Assembly (NCBI GenBank): GCA_963702095.1
Contig: OY969706.1
Location: 2,304,001 to 2,368,000, forward strand
DNA from: Candidatus Bathyarchaeota archaeon
GTDB taxonomy: Archaea; Thermoproteota; Bathyarchaeia; Bathyarchaeales; Bathycorpusculaceae
DNA: 64,000 bases
Direction: 5' to 3'
Each line of letters opens with the position of its first letter. Position 1 is the stretch's first letter. Below the pieces are notes generated by a model that made no database searches, had not been told where the DNA came from, and was given only the letters and a program-made list of their open reading frames with translations. Of the stretch, positions 9,568 to 19,415 are shown in pieces. The translations under genes and the position numbers were made by a program.

Positions 9568-10748
9568 CTTAAACGCCTATGTGCAATACTTATCATGACA
9601 ATACTCGCCGTGAGACAGCAATTCAAAACCACGACAAAGGGGTCAACAGTAAAGTTAACTGTGTGCGAAAACGCCATCAGAAAGCCAGAGTTTCCAAGCA
9701 TAGACAAGATTGCTGTGGCAAAAATAGACCCCAAAGAGGATGCAATAAGCGATATTGGCAGTACTTTGCAGGCAACATCGAATTTGAGTTGCCTTTGGGA
9801 TACGCCTATAAAACGCAGGGTTGCAAGGCTATTTTTGTGTTGCAGCAGAAGTGTTTGGCAAGCAACAATGATGGTAGCGCTTGAGAAAAAGAAGACCATA
9901 ACCGACAACACAACGAAAGCTTCCTTTGTAACACCATATCGGTCAAGAAAACCCTGCATGATATTTTCGCTGTTAGTTACTCCGATTTTGCCTATTGGAA
10001 AGTCAACGGTAGACCACAAAAAAAGTTGCTGATAGGTGCTTTGCTGTTTAGATGTAGATGGCTGGGGAGTTGCCTGTGAAGCGTTTTCAGCTAACTTCTC
10101 ATAGAGTTCTGCGTTTTGGATTAAGTTTGGGTCAATTTTTGCTCTGATCAAAGTAACCCAATTGTAATCCTTGAAGCACAGCCATTGGCCGACATTTAAC
10201 TGCACAATAGCTTCGTCATCTATGCTTGAGTTAGTAAAGCAAATGCCAGCGACCCTCAACTCTAAGTATCGATCCGCCAAAGTAGCAAAAACCATCACCG
10301 AATCGTTAACTCCGATGTTTAATCGGTCAGCAGCCCTTTTGCCCAGCACTACTTGGTCAAAGTTGCTTGCGTTCAAAAAGTCTCCTCTAACCAATGAAAC
10401 CGCGTTTATTTTGTAAAACTCTTCAGGCAAGACGCCTCTTATAAATAGCGTTTGATTGCGAATTATGCAAGGCGTTATTGTTTCGGGGCTGACAGCTAAA
10501 ACCCCATTGAGCTGCCCGATTTGGTCTGTTAAGTAAGCAGGAACATAACCTGAAAAAGGAGTTTTACTCTCAACGTCGTAGATTGCAACTACATCTCCGC
10601 CTTCCCCCAAGTAAGAGTTAAAACTGTTATAATACCCCAAAAACCCTGCCGCAGTCACCATAAAAAGCGTTGATGCGAAAGTCAAAACCAAGGCTAAAAC
10701 TAAAAGGTAACGGAAACGCAGATACCGAAACCTAAGTAAACTAAACAC
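9564..10748 (-). CDS. ABC transporter permease, FtsX/MacB family
   Basis: N-terminal TM, MacB-like extracytoplasmic domain (VVLGKRAADRLNIGVND), and C-terminal TMs with 'LATLRFIGVS'. Confidence 0.8.
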   Translation of the reverse strand: MFSLLRFRYLRFRYLLVLALVLTFASTLFMVTAAGFLGYYNSFNSYLGEGGDVVAIYDVESKTPFSGYVPAYLTDQIGQLNGVLAVSPETITPCIIRNQTLFIRGVLPEEFYKINAVSLVRGDFLNASNFDQVVLGKRAADRLNIGVNDSVMVFATLADRYLELRVAGICFTNSSIDDEAIVQLNVGQWLCFKDYNWVTLIRAKIDPNLIQNAELYEKLAENASQATPQPSTSKQQSTYQQLFLWSTVDFPIGKIGVTNSENIMQGFLDRYGVTKEAFVVLSVMVFFFSSATIIVACQTLLLQHKNSLATLRFIGVSQRQLKFDVACKVLPISLIASSLGSIFATAILSMLGNSGFLMAFSHTVNFTVDPFVVVLNCCLTASIVMISIAHRRLS

Positions 10749-11868
10749 TAGAAGTACCCGTCAACGTTTTTCTATACGTAGCCTTTAACGCTGGATAGAG
10801 GCAGCCCATTAATGAAAATGCAAGTGTCCACCCAAACAATTGAGCAGCCTCTACTAAACCTAAAGAAGGCGTCACTTGAATACTCTGCGAAATCCACCGC
10901 AAACCAGACGCCGCCACCTGAGTCCCCGTGATTCCAAGCGATACTCCCAAAACGGCAGCAGCCGCAGTCGCTAGCAAAGCATAACTGAAAATAACATTAA
11001 AAAGACCTGATCTTTTAGCGCCCAAGGCTCTAAGCATCGACAGTTCAAATTCAGATTCAACTACCAAACGTGTGCAGATAACATAGGAAGAAGCAACAAC
11101 CATAAGGTAAACTGGTATTGACCAAACAGCCAAGAAGTTATGGACTTCTCCGGTGGATTGCTGCAGAAACATGGCAGTTTGCTGAACCTTCACTACCGAG
11201 ACATCAGAGGGTAGAGACATTGACAGACGGTTAATTGCATTTGCTTTGTTAACATCGGCATTTAGGCTGAATTCGACAAAAGACAAGCTATCATCAGTTA
11301 ACTGATGACAGACGTCTATGGGCACCAAAATTTCGCTGCCAAGTTGAGAACACGTAGACACTACCCCTGCAACCTCAAAGGTCAAAATGCCACTGGGCAA
11401 CGTAACATTGACGAAATCACCTTTACTGAGCCGGCAGGTTTTAGCCAGCAGACCCCCGATGTTGACTTCACCCGCATTTTTCACGTATGAACCGTTTACG
11501 GTTGCAAACTGCAACTTCAAATAACCACTATAGTTTCCTACCCCATGCAATGTAACCGAATAGTTACCTAACATGGTCTCTAAAGAGACGGTGCTGATTC
11601 TCTGCGGGGAAACATAAGTGACTTCGCTGAGGTTAAATGCGCCTAGAACATCGTTGCCGATTTTGCTGTCACTTAAAGAAGAACAGTTACTGCTAACAAC
11701 TAAAAATTTGTCGCCTACGCTTGCAAGCTGCCCGATGGCGGATGTCTGTGTATCAATAAAATTCATTACGGCAGTCATAGAAGCAATAATTGCAACTAAA
11801 AGAGCTAAGGCTAAGATTGCAGTCGCTGTACTTTTTTTTCCAAAAAGCATCCTTAAGCTTAAAGACAA
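10741..11868 (-). CDS. ABC transporter permease, FtsX/MacB family
   Basis: Same architecture; FtsX motif 'ELSMLRALGAKR'. Confidence 0.8.
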   Translation of the reverse strand: MSLSLRMLFGKKSTATAILALALLVAIIASMTAVMNFIDTQTSAIGQLASVGDKFLVVSSNCSSLSDSKIGNDVLGAFNLSEVTYVSPQRISTVSLETMLGNYSVTLHGVGNYSGYLKLQFATVNGSYVKNAGEVNIGGLLAKTCRLSKGDFVNVTLPSGILTFEVAGVVSTCSQLGSEILVPIDVCHQLTDDSLSFVEFSLNADVNKANAINRLSMSLPSDVSVVKVQQTAMFLQQSTGEVHNFLAVWSIPVYLMVVASSYVICTRLVVESEFELSMLRALGAKRSGLFNVIFSYALLATAAAAVLGVSLGITGTQVAASGLRWISQSIQVTPSLGLVEAAQLFGWTLAFSLMGCLYPALKATYRKTLTGTSSV

Positions 11869-12089
11869 AACGGTGCAGACTACGGTTGTTATTTAGCTCG
11901 TTTTTCACAAGTGAACATGTGGAATACTGCTTACACGGGTTTTATTCTGCCAAAGGGGATGATTAAAGCAACGGATGTTGAGAAAGCGCAAACCGTTGTT
12001 TTAATACGGGGAAACGTTTAGAACCCAATGTAGCAAGTAATTTTCCTATCCACTTATGGAGAAACAGTTTAAAGCTAACCATACGATCC

Positions 12090-12920
12090 CTAATCGGACG
12101 TCCTCAGCGATCTAGATTTTTCAGCAATTAGAATTATTTCTGTGCCAAGCAAGATTTTGGTTATTTTAAATCGGGTTGTAATGGCTTCTAAAATTTTTTC
12201 CAATTTACCAATTAAACCTGTTTGCCAACGTATAGTTTCAGGAATTAATTCTTCTCTTAAAAAAAGCACATCCAACTTGGGGGCAATTATTGACCAAAGC
12301 GTCTTACGAGAATAAACTTCAGGGGGCTCACTGCAATTGGAGGTGTTTGATGATTTGAGCAAAAAATTACGAATCCTCTGAGGCATATAAGAAACAGGAA
12401 GTCTGGAATGCATTTCAATAGGAAACAAGCCGTTAGGAACAGCTGCAACAAATTTGCCGCCGGGTTTCAAGAGTCTAAGAACTTCAGCCACTACTTTTTC
12501 AGCTTGCCGTCTATCACTCGGATACCTGTGAGATTCAACAGATATATGCTCTAAAACGTCGAGGCAAAAAATCAAGTCAAACGTGTTATCTTTGAACGGA
12601 AGATACTTTCCGTTGGCGTGCACGAAGGGGTTATCACAATCGTACGTTCGGTTGTATAAGCTGGCGATTTTGCAGCTGATATGTTCAGGGTCGATTCCGA
12701 TGACCTCTCCGTTGCCTTTACGGATTTTTATGCAGAGCCAGCCCCAGCCAGTGCCGATATCGAGCACTTTCTTGCCGTCAAAAGAAGGAACCGTTTGACA
12801 GATAATGTCAAATTCCCTCATCATACGGAGGTCAGATGTGTACTTGAATGCAAGTCGCTGCTTCTCCTTCAATGAGGTTTGTTTTAGCAGAGAACAATAC
12901 ATTTTTTGTTTATCTATCAA
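12090..12920 (-). CDS. Class I SAM-dependent methyltransferase
   Basis: VLDIGTGWG, LPFKDNTFDLIFCLDVLEH and LLKPGG motifs. Confidence 0.9.
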   Translation of the reverse strand: MIDKQKMYCSLLKQTSLKEKQRLAFKYTSDLRMMREFDIICQTVPSFDGKKVLDIGTGWGWLCIKIRKGNGEVIGIDPEHISCKIASLYNRTYDCDNPFVHANGKYLPFKDNTFDLIFCLDVLEHISVESHRYPSDRRQAEKVVAEVLRLLKPGGKFVAAVPNGLFPIEMHSRLPVSYMPQRIRNFLLKSSNTSNCSEPPEVYSRKTLWSIIAPKLDVLFLREELIPETIRWQTGLIGKLEKILEAITTRFKITKILLGTEIILIAEKSRSLRTSD

Positions 12921-14235
12921 TTAACTTGCCTGTTTTCTTTTTAAGGTATGACAGCAAGCTTTCGGTAGCCAACATTACTTTAACGTTGAATCGAAGTATA
13001 CGCCATCTTTTTGTGTTCTTTGCAAAGAATGAGTTGAAGCGAAAAAAAATAAAATCACGTAACAAAGGCAGGGTTATTGGGAGCGGATATTCGAATTTAG
13101 GCGAAGTTTGCTTAAACAAAAGCCTTGAACCCGTGAACCGTTTTGTTCGTTTCTTAAATACGCTACTAGATTGTATAGCTTTGTCTACCGAAATACCTGT
13201 TAAAGATATAATTGACGCGTCAAGGGCGCTTTGCAGTATTTTAGAACCAGTAATTGTTCTTGCAATAACAACGGATTCACCTAATCTACTATCGGGGGTA
13301 GAGTTTATTGTCCAAGGATAAAGTCCCCATGGATCAGCTAAAGAGATATCCGCAAGTTCGCTTGTTTGGTCTGCACAGAGTAAACAGCGCTCGCGACAAA
13401 AATACTGTAAGAAACCAGACTTGATGTACTTCGTCATCGGCGTGGACAACTCGGAACCATCCTTCAATTTAACGGTAAAATATCCAGGCCACCCCTTACC
13501 CCTATACCGTAAACTGGCCACTTCCTCTTCTGAAATTCCCAGACAACCTAACAAGTATTTTGTTGCGTTAACGGATGGAGTGTTATTGCAGTAAAGACCA
13601 ATTTTAAAGACTACAACATCGGCTAAAGTGGGCCAAACCTTCTTTGCTAATTCGATGGCTTCAAGGTGGCATGGAAGACCAACAAAGGCAAGGCGGTGAC
13701 TGTCACGGGCAATTATTTCCCTGAGTACTTCGTGCATGCTAACGGGTGTGTATTTTGAGCCTGTGGAATCAAGCAACTCTTCAACTGATATTACAATTTT
13801 GGCTTTTGCAAATAGCGGATTATCATCCATGACCGTGACAACAGCGCCATCGATAAGTTTCTGCTCAAACATGAAACGTATTATCGCAGTGCATAAACCG
13901 CCCGAAGAAGCATTCTGTCTTATGGCTAAATCGTTTGCATACCCTACATAGACAGCTCTGTACCCACCGATCAAGTTATTGAAGTATTGAGCGTTGCTTT
14001 GTTTAGCAAATTCTCGAAGGTTCAGACCCTGCCCGGGGCAGACACTTGCACAAATGCCACAGTTGGAACAGTATTCAGCGTTAATTTTTGGAGCAAAAAA
14101 GCCAGCGGTGGTTCGGGTCATTTTTATTAGGTTCTGGGGGCAAAACGGTTCGCAAACTCCACAACCACAACAAAGATCATTTGAGACTATGTGCGAAATA
14201 TTCTGTAGCTTATAGTTCATTGAGTATTTGCTCAA
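12910..14235 (-). CDS. Ferredoxin-fused coenzyme F420 hydrogenase/dehydrogenase beta-subunit (FrhB/FdhB) family protein
   Basis: Two CxxCxxCxxxCP motifs, then SSGG, GSKY, VGLPCH, IGLYC, YRGKGWPG and ADISLADPW. Confidence 0.85.
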   Translation of the reverse strand: MSKYSMNYKLQNISHIVSNDLCCGCGVCEPFCPQNLIKMTRTTAGFFAPKINAEYCSNCGICASVCPGQGLNLREFAKQSNAQYFNNLIGGYRAVYVGYANDLAIRQNASSGGLCTAIIRFMFEQKLIDGAVVTVMDDNPLFAKAKIVISVEELLDSTGSKYTPVSMHEVLREIIARDSHRLAFVGLPCHLEAIELAKKVWPTLADVVVFKIGLYCNNTPSVNATKYLLGCLGISEEEVASLRYRGKGWPGYFTVKLKDGSELSTPMTKYIKSGFLQYFCRERCLLCADQTSELADISLADPWGLYPWTINSTPDSRLGESVVIARTITGSKILQSALDASIISLTGISVDKAIQSSSVFKKRTKRFTGSRLLFKQTSPKFEYPLPITLPLLRDFIFFRFNSFFAKNTKRWRILRFNVKVMLATESLLSYLKKKTGKLIDR

Positions 14236-15529
14236 AGGTCTGTTGGAAGTCTATTTTAGCCTTATCTACAAAACGGTTGTAATAGGTTAGTTGTACCTTT
14301 ATTTCAACAGATTTGTTTATCACTTCATTTAACAGCTGTGTAGTTTGGTTGATGTTAAAATTCTTACATTCAACCAAATATTTGGACATGCCAAAGCGTT
14401 CTAAGATGCCCAATGTTTTGTGGCTGTAGCCTAAACTTAGTACTGGAACATCTTGCTTAAGCGACGCTATAACAGGATGCGTCAAGCTTGTGAAGACAAC
14501 ATCGCATTGCCCAATAATACCCCACAACTCTTCAACCGAATAATCCCTTTGTATAAGAAAGGCACGTTTTTTCTCTTTGAGCTTTTCGTAGACCAGGGAA
14601 TTGCATAATTTTCCAGCTTTATCGCAGTTGAGTGATAAACCATGGCAGATGAAAACAACACTAACATCTGGGCGGTGCAGTACGTTGCTAAGAACTTCAG
14701 ATAGAGAATCGTAGGTAAGCTTAGAGTTGTCGTCTGAAAATATTTTTTTGCTTAAAATTACCGCAAGGAGTTTTTGCTGGGTTGGATCAACGCCGTTTTC
14801 ATGCAACAAATTAATTGAATCACTCGGTGAATTTATCGGTGACCAGAAACCCATATCGGGGGCAACCAGCAGTTTTGCTTTGTCTATTCCCAATGCTAAA
14901 CCGTATTTAAGAGAATGTAACTCTCTTACCGCAATCATTCGAGTGTGGTTTAAGAGCCATTTTGCCAAAATTCTTCCCAAAAAAGTTTTGAAGGGACCGA
15001 TCGATTGGGGGAAGAGATAAATCGGCTTATTTGAAAGAATTTCGAAAACAAACCTCAAGGAATTATAATAATAGAGTATTTTCCCATAATAAACATCGTT
15101 GAAGACATCACCGAAATTCATCTCGATAATGAAGTCACAGGAGAGCACTTCGCTTAGAACAGCATTCTTAAAACGGGGCTTGATATTGAAAACTAACAGA
15201 AAACGAGTAATAATTAAAACAGCTATTGAGCAAAGAAGTTTAACTGTTGACTCAAGGATTGCATGCAGCTGAATCCGGGGTACTTTGTAGGAGATAACAG
15301 CGAAATCTAAATCGCCCTGGTCAGATTGAAAGGCGGAACGTGCTGTAGCTCGATTTTTTGTATATCGCTCGAAAGATTCTGGATACGAGTGCCAAATAAA
15401 AAGCTTGAAATTACATGTGGTTAATTGACGAAAGAACATAATCAACCCGTTAAAAATTGCAGAAACGCCTCTATTGTCTGCATAGGGGGTTGCGCCGCCG
15501 ATGAATATTCTAAGGGACCTTTTTTTCAT
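14210..15529 (-). CDS. Polysaccharide pyruvyl transferase family protein (WcaK-like)
   Basis: N-terminal 'NRGVSA', plus QSIGPF, IAVRE..S, PDMGF and YSHKT motifs. Confidence 0.85.
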   Translation of the reverse strand: MKKRSLRIFIGGATPYADNRGVSAIFNGLIMFFRQLTTCNFKLFIWHSYPESFERYTKNRATARSAFQSDQGDLDFAVISYKVPRIQLHAILESTVKLLCSIAVLIITRFLLVFNIKPRFKNAVLSEVLSCDFIIEMNFGDVFNDVYYGKILYYYNSLRFVFEILSNKPIYLFPQSIGPFKTFLGRILAKWLLNHTRMIAVRELHSLKYGLALGIDKAKLLVAPDMGFWSPINSPSDSINLLHENGVDPTQQKLLAVILSKKIFSDDNSKLTYDSLSEVLSNVLHRPDVSVVFICHGLSLNCDKAGKLCNSLVYEKLKEKKRAFLIQRDYSVEELWGIIGQCDVVFTSLTHPVIASLKQDVPVLSLGYSHKTLGILERFGMSKYLVECKNFNINQTTQLLNEVINKSVEIKVQLTYYNRFVDKAKIDFQQTFEQILNEL

Positions 15530-15531
15530 TC

Positions 15532-17262
15532 TTAGCCTGAGAAATACATTACTTGAAGTTTACCGTCATAAATTATGTCACAATGTTTGGAGACGTTGAC
15601 GAAGTCTGTGGTTACGGTATACCCCCAGCCGTCGCCCCAAAGCGGTGTGCCTTTGTCAACGGTTAGCAAATAGTGAATATTGCGTAGATTCATATCACAG
15701 AAGAAACGGGTTGTATTCCCCGAAGTATCGGCTTGATAGAGTGTGACCGCGTCGACAGAAAGGGGTTCTGGCACAAGATTACTAGTTTTATTTGCCAGCG
15801 CCGCTTGGTTAAAGATTGTACTAGTATAATCGGCATCACCCGTTATCGTAATGAAGCCATCAATGGGGCAATTGGCTAAAAGAAACTCTGAAGCAGCTAT
15901 AACCTGCTGGTATTCATATGGTTTAGCAGATGCAGAACCATACAACCAACCATTTGCTAGACCACCAAACGATGCTAGTAAAACTACGGCAACAGCAGCA
16001 AACGCTAAGATCTTTACCCAATTCAAGCCTTTTTTGGAAAATTTCAGGCTAGCGGCAGTTGGGAGGCGCCATCTTTTTCCCAAAAGACCGTTCGACGCAG
16101 TGTTTGACTTCTTATCGATTGCGTACAAAATCAGGTATAATAGGGCAAGCACGCCGTAGGTCATGATCCATCGGAAGGGGTTTAGAGAGCCCAATGCCAA
16201 GTAGGCTATTTCTCCAATACTTGCAAGGAGAATAATCAACGAAAAAAGCCAAATGCCATTGACCGGAAAGCTACCCTCGGCATGCTGATCACTAGGTCTA
16301 GTGTGTCTTTGTAGTTTAGGCAAAAATATAATTAAGCAGATAAAAATTGAAATTATCGAAATGACTCTTACCGCAAATAACAACTCATTTAAACGGGCGG
16401 TTAGAGGGTCTATGTACTTGTATCCATAGAATAGGAGCCATGAGGAATTTTCTTGGCTCTCAATGTGTAGTGATGATTTAATGAATGTAAACGCGTTACT
16501 GAGAATTGTGGATATGGTTACGTTCGCAGTTACAGTTTTCAGGAAGGGATTGAGCAGGAACATGAAGGAAGACAGAACAGTTATTGCTAAAGCCGGAAAA
16601 GTGTATTGCCGTTTGAATAAGAGAACAGCGGAAAAAACAATTAGGCCCATGGTTAAAGTGAGAACAAGTATCCCAAGGATTGCTGTATAGTAGCAGTAAC
16701 CTAAAGATACCGTTAATATTGCTAATAATATAAACCAAGAGAAACGGGGCTTGCCACTTAAAAACGATCGGATAAACTCGTAATAGCACAGGATGATGAA
16801 AGCGAACAGTGTAACACCTAAAGTCGCGCGTTCTATAGTCGTTACCTGCAAATTAGTAAAAACCATAAAGAGGAAAAAAATAGAAGCAAAAAAGAAGCTT
16901 AGACCACTTTTGTTTCCTCGATCCAAAATTTTGGCGGCTAAAACAAAGTAGATTATACTGGCGAGAGCTACAATTGGCAGAAAAATCATAAACTCCGTTG
17001 GAATACCGGTGATTAATGTTATTTCGGAGAGGAGAAGTGCAGGCAATGGGTAATCGATTTCAGACTGGATAGCGCTGGCCCAGTAATGGTGGGATGAAGA
17101 GATGAAATTAGCAGAGGCAATGTGACCGTTAGCTAGGATATTCTGGGCGTATACTGAGGGGGGAGCAGCATAGGCACCGAGATATGTAAAAAAGGTAGGT
17201 AAAGACATGAAAAATAGCAAAACGCAAGTTACGATTATGTAGCTAAGGATTTTTAGTTTCAT
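15532..17262 (-). CDS. Polytopic membrane protein (possible GT-C glycosyltransferase or polymerase)
   Basis: 576 aa with many TM helices and a soluble C-terminal domain, inside a glycosyltransferase cluster. Confidence 0.65.
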   Translation of the reverse strand: MKLKILSYIIVTCVLLFFMSLPTFFTYLGAYAAPPSVYAQNILANGHIASANFISSSHHYWASAIQSEIDYPLPALLLSEITLITGIPTEFMIFLPIVALASIIYFVLAAKILDRGNKSGLSFFFASIFFLFMVFTNLQVTTIERATLGVTLFAFIILCYYEFIRSFLSGKPRFSWFILLAILTVSLGYCYYTAILGILVLTLTMGLIVFSAVLLFKRQYTFPALAITVLSSFMFLLNPFLKTVTANVTISTILSNAFTFIKSSLHIESQENSSWLLFYGYKYIDPLTARLNELLFAVRVISIISIFICLIIFLPKLQRHTRPSDQHAEGSFPVNGIWLFSLIILLASIGEIAYLALGSLNPFRWIMTYGVLALLYLILYAIDKKSNTASNGLLGKRWRLPTAASLKFSKKGLNWVKILAFAAVAVVLLASFGGLANGWLYGSASAKPYEYQQVIAASEFLLANCPIDGFITITGDADYTSTIFNQAALANKTSNLVPEPLSVDAVTLYQADTSGNTTRFFCDMNLRNIHYLLTVDKGTPLWGDGWGYTVTTDFVNVSKHCDIIYDGKLQVMYFSG

Positions 17263-17277
17263 ACAGAACCCTTCGTT

Positions 17278-18480
17278 CTAATTGCAGACGTTTTCCATAA
17301 CTTCCACAAAATCTTTGAAAATTTTCTCGTTACTAAATTTCCTTAAATAGTCCTCGCGGTTTTTCAACCCCAATTCAGACACCGCTGCCTCATCGAGGTC
17401 AACGACGTAACTGATTAAATCCGATAGCGCCCTAGAATCACTAGGTTTAAACAGGAAAGCCCCTTTTAATCCATCAACCTGTTCTGGGATTCCGCCAGAA
17501 AGTGCGGCTATTATTAATCGCCCTCTAAGTATACCTTCAGTAACAACGTAACCCCAAGTTTCAGGCCAAACTGATGGAATTATGACAGTGTTAATCTGTG
17601 AAAAAATACGCTCAAAGGTTTGTTCGGTAAGGTGCCTATAATGATTAACCTCTGATTTTCCTATCCACATCAGTTTTTCGGTAGGAAACTTTGTGGCATG
17701 AACCCTAACTGAAGAGCTATGGACTAATGCTTTCAAGAGAGTATCATAACCCTTGAGAAAGCTTGGGCCTCCGAAATAACCCATGTCCCTTCCTTTAAGC
17801 GGCAATAGTTCCAGCGGTGGCAAGGGATTATGTACAACTTTGAGTTTATGGGCGACTGATGGCATGCGGTTAACTGTTATTTGTCTTTCTGCATTTGAGA
17901 CACATATTAGTACATCGCTGCCTTTGATTAGCCTTGCAAACAGTCTTCCGAGAGTGAAATTAAGACCAGATGAAAACAGGACACGTTTTAAATCGGCGTT
18001 AGTGGCTTCTTCATAGGATTTTATGCATTTAAGAGTACAGATTTTGTCGCTGCAAAGGCTTCTATCCAGAGGGTTATACATGCTTCCAGTTAAACAGGTT
18101 AAATTATAACTATGCAAGTGAACGATTACAGGCTTCTTATGAGCTTTGATTATTGGAATCGCCAGATACCAGCAACGTGGAATGTAAACGACATCAGCCC
18201 AGTCAATCAGATGCCCAAGAAAATCCGAAAACAAAATACCAGGATGCTCGGCCGTCAAATACTTCAAGCTTGTTTCTCTTGAAAAAAGGGGCAGACGATA
18301 AATGGTTAGGGCGCCATTCTGCTCCTTCGCCGGTTCGCCTGGATACCGGTTTGTTACAATCTTGACGTTAAACCCATTTTGCAGTAGCATTCTTACATAC
18401 TGTTGGGTTGCAACTTCTCCGCCGCTACCATGGGGTGCAAGAACTTCGCTTAGGATTAGAATGTTCTCTGGGATGTTAAT
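17278..18480 (-). CDS. Glycosyltransferase family 4 (probable ATT start)
   Basis: PSVWPETWGYVVTEG and GGIPE motifs. The N-terminal strand NILILSE and the GSGGEVAT motif lie in frame upstream of track ATG 18390. Confidence 0.85.
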   Translation of the reverse strand: MNIPENILILSEVLAPHGSGGEVATQQYVRMLLQNGFNVKIVTNRYPGEPAKEQNGALTIYRLPLFSRETSLKYLTAEHPGILFSDFLGHLIDWADVVYIPRCWYLAIPIIKAHKKPVIVHLHSYNLTCLTGSMYNPLDRSLCSDKICTLKCIKSYEEATNADLKRVLFSSGLNFTLGRLFARLIKGSDVLICVSNAERQITVNRMPSVAHKLKVVHNPLPPLELLPLKGRDMGYFGGPSFLKGYDTLLKALVHSSSVRVHATKFPTEKLMWIGKSEVNHYRHLTEQTFERIFSQINTVIIPSVWPETWGYVVTEGILRGRLIIAALSGGIPEQVDGLKGAFLFKPSDSRALSDLISYVVDLDEAAVSELGLKNREDYLRKFSNEKIFKDFVEVMENVCN

Positions 18481-19415
18481 CTAACCTTTACGAGTGAGAA
18501 TAACCCAGTGAAAAGTCCAGCATAAGTCGACGATAGTAACACTATTAAAACGATAGGTGCATAGAGGAAGACAGCGCCATGCTTTATTGAATTAAGCAAT
18601 AGCATACCAGGAACGATCCAGTAAACTGCAAGAACCGCAATAATCCATGTGGGAAAAAAGGTTGCAAAAAATATCAGCGATAGAACAACTGCTGTAGCGA
18701 GTAACAATTGTTTGAGGTATCCTGCTCGTTTGAAGTAAATGCCTGCGGTGACATCATTGATAGCATAGGAATAATTCTGTTCAAAGAAAGCACTTATGCT
18801 TTGTCTGGGGGGCCAATAAACCAAAGCGTCAGGTGCCCAGCTTATTTTTGCTTTTGATTCCTCAATTTTTAGAAAGAAGACGGTATCTTCAGCCTTAGTC
18901 AAGTGTTCTGGAAATCCACCGACTTTTTCCCAAGCGGTTTTTTTAAAAGCGATAGACCTTGCAGAGGGAATAAAGTTGTGGCCAACCCTGTTTCTCTTTG
19001 GGTAATACAGTGCACCTATTACCCTTTGAAGAATAGTGCCAGCGTAGGGCTCATAAAATCCGCCGACGACCTCTATTTCTGGATTGTTAAACGGTTTAAC
19101 TATATTTGCCAGCCAGTCCTTATCAAGGAAAGCTCCTGCGTCAGTGCATGCTATAAGCGAATTTTTTGCAGTCTGTATGCCAATGTTTCTAGATTTAGCG
19201 ATGTTTGATCCGGGGGAACGAATGAGTATGCAATTGTTGATTTTTTCTGCTTTGACAATTTGGAGGGTGCGATCGGTTGAGCCACCATCAACTAATATTA
19301 TTTCCGAGGGTTGTAGCGTTTGACTCTTGATCGAATCGAGTAGACATCGAATGGTTTGAGCTTCGTTTTTAACTGCAATTACCAGTGAGATATCAAGGGG
19401 CATTGAAAGGCTCAA
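18456..19415 (-). CDS. Glycosyltransferase family 2
   Basis: ISLVIAVKNE, VDGGSTD, GGFPE and AEDT motifs; C-terminal TMs. Confidence 0.9.
   Translation of the reverse strand: MSLSMPLDISLVIAVKNEAQTIRCLLDSIKSQTLQPSEIILVDGGSTDRTLQIVKAEKINNCILIRSPGSNIAKSRNIGIQTAKNSLIACTDAGAFLDKDWLANIVKPFNNPEIEVVGGFYEPYAGTILQRVIGALYYPKRNRVGHNFIPSARSIAFKKTAWEKVGGFPEHLTKAEDTVFFLKIEESKAKISWAPDALVYWPPRQSISAFFEQNYSYAINDVTAGIYFKRAGYLKQLLLATAVVLSLIFFATFFPTWIIAVLAVYWIVPGMLLLNSIKHGAVFLYAPIVLIVLLSSTYAGLFTGLFSLVKVRLTSQRTF

Noticed and set aside
12910-14235. FrhB-like gene as evidence for an F420-reducing hydrogenase or methanogenesis
   Set aside because: No FrhA/FrhG or other methanogenesis genes nearby; the context is a glycan cluster.
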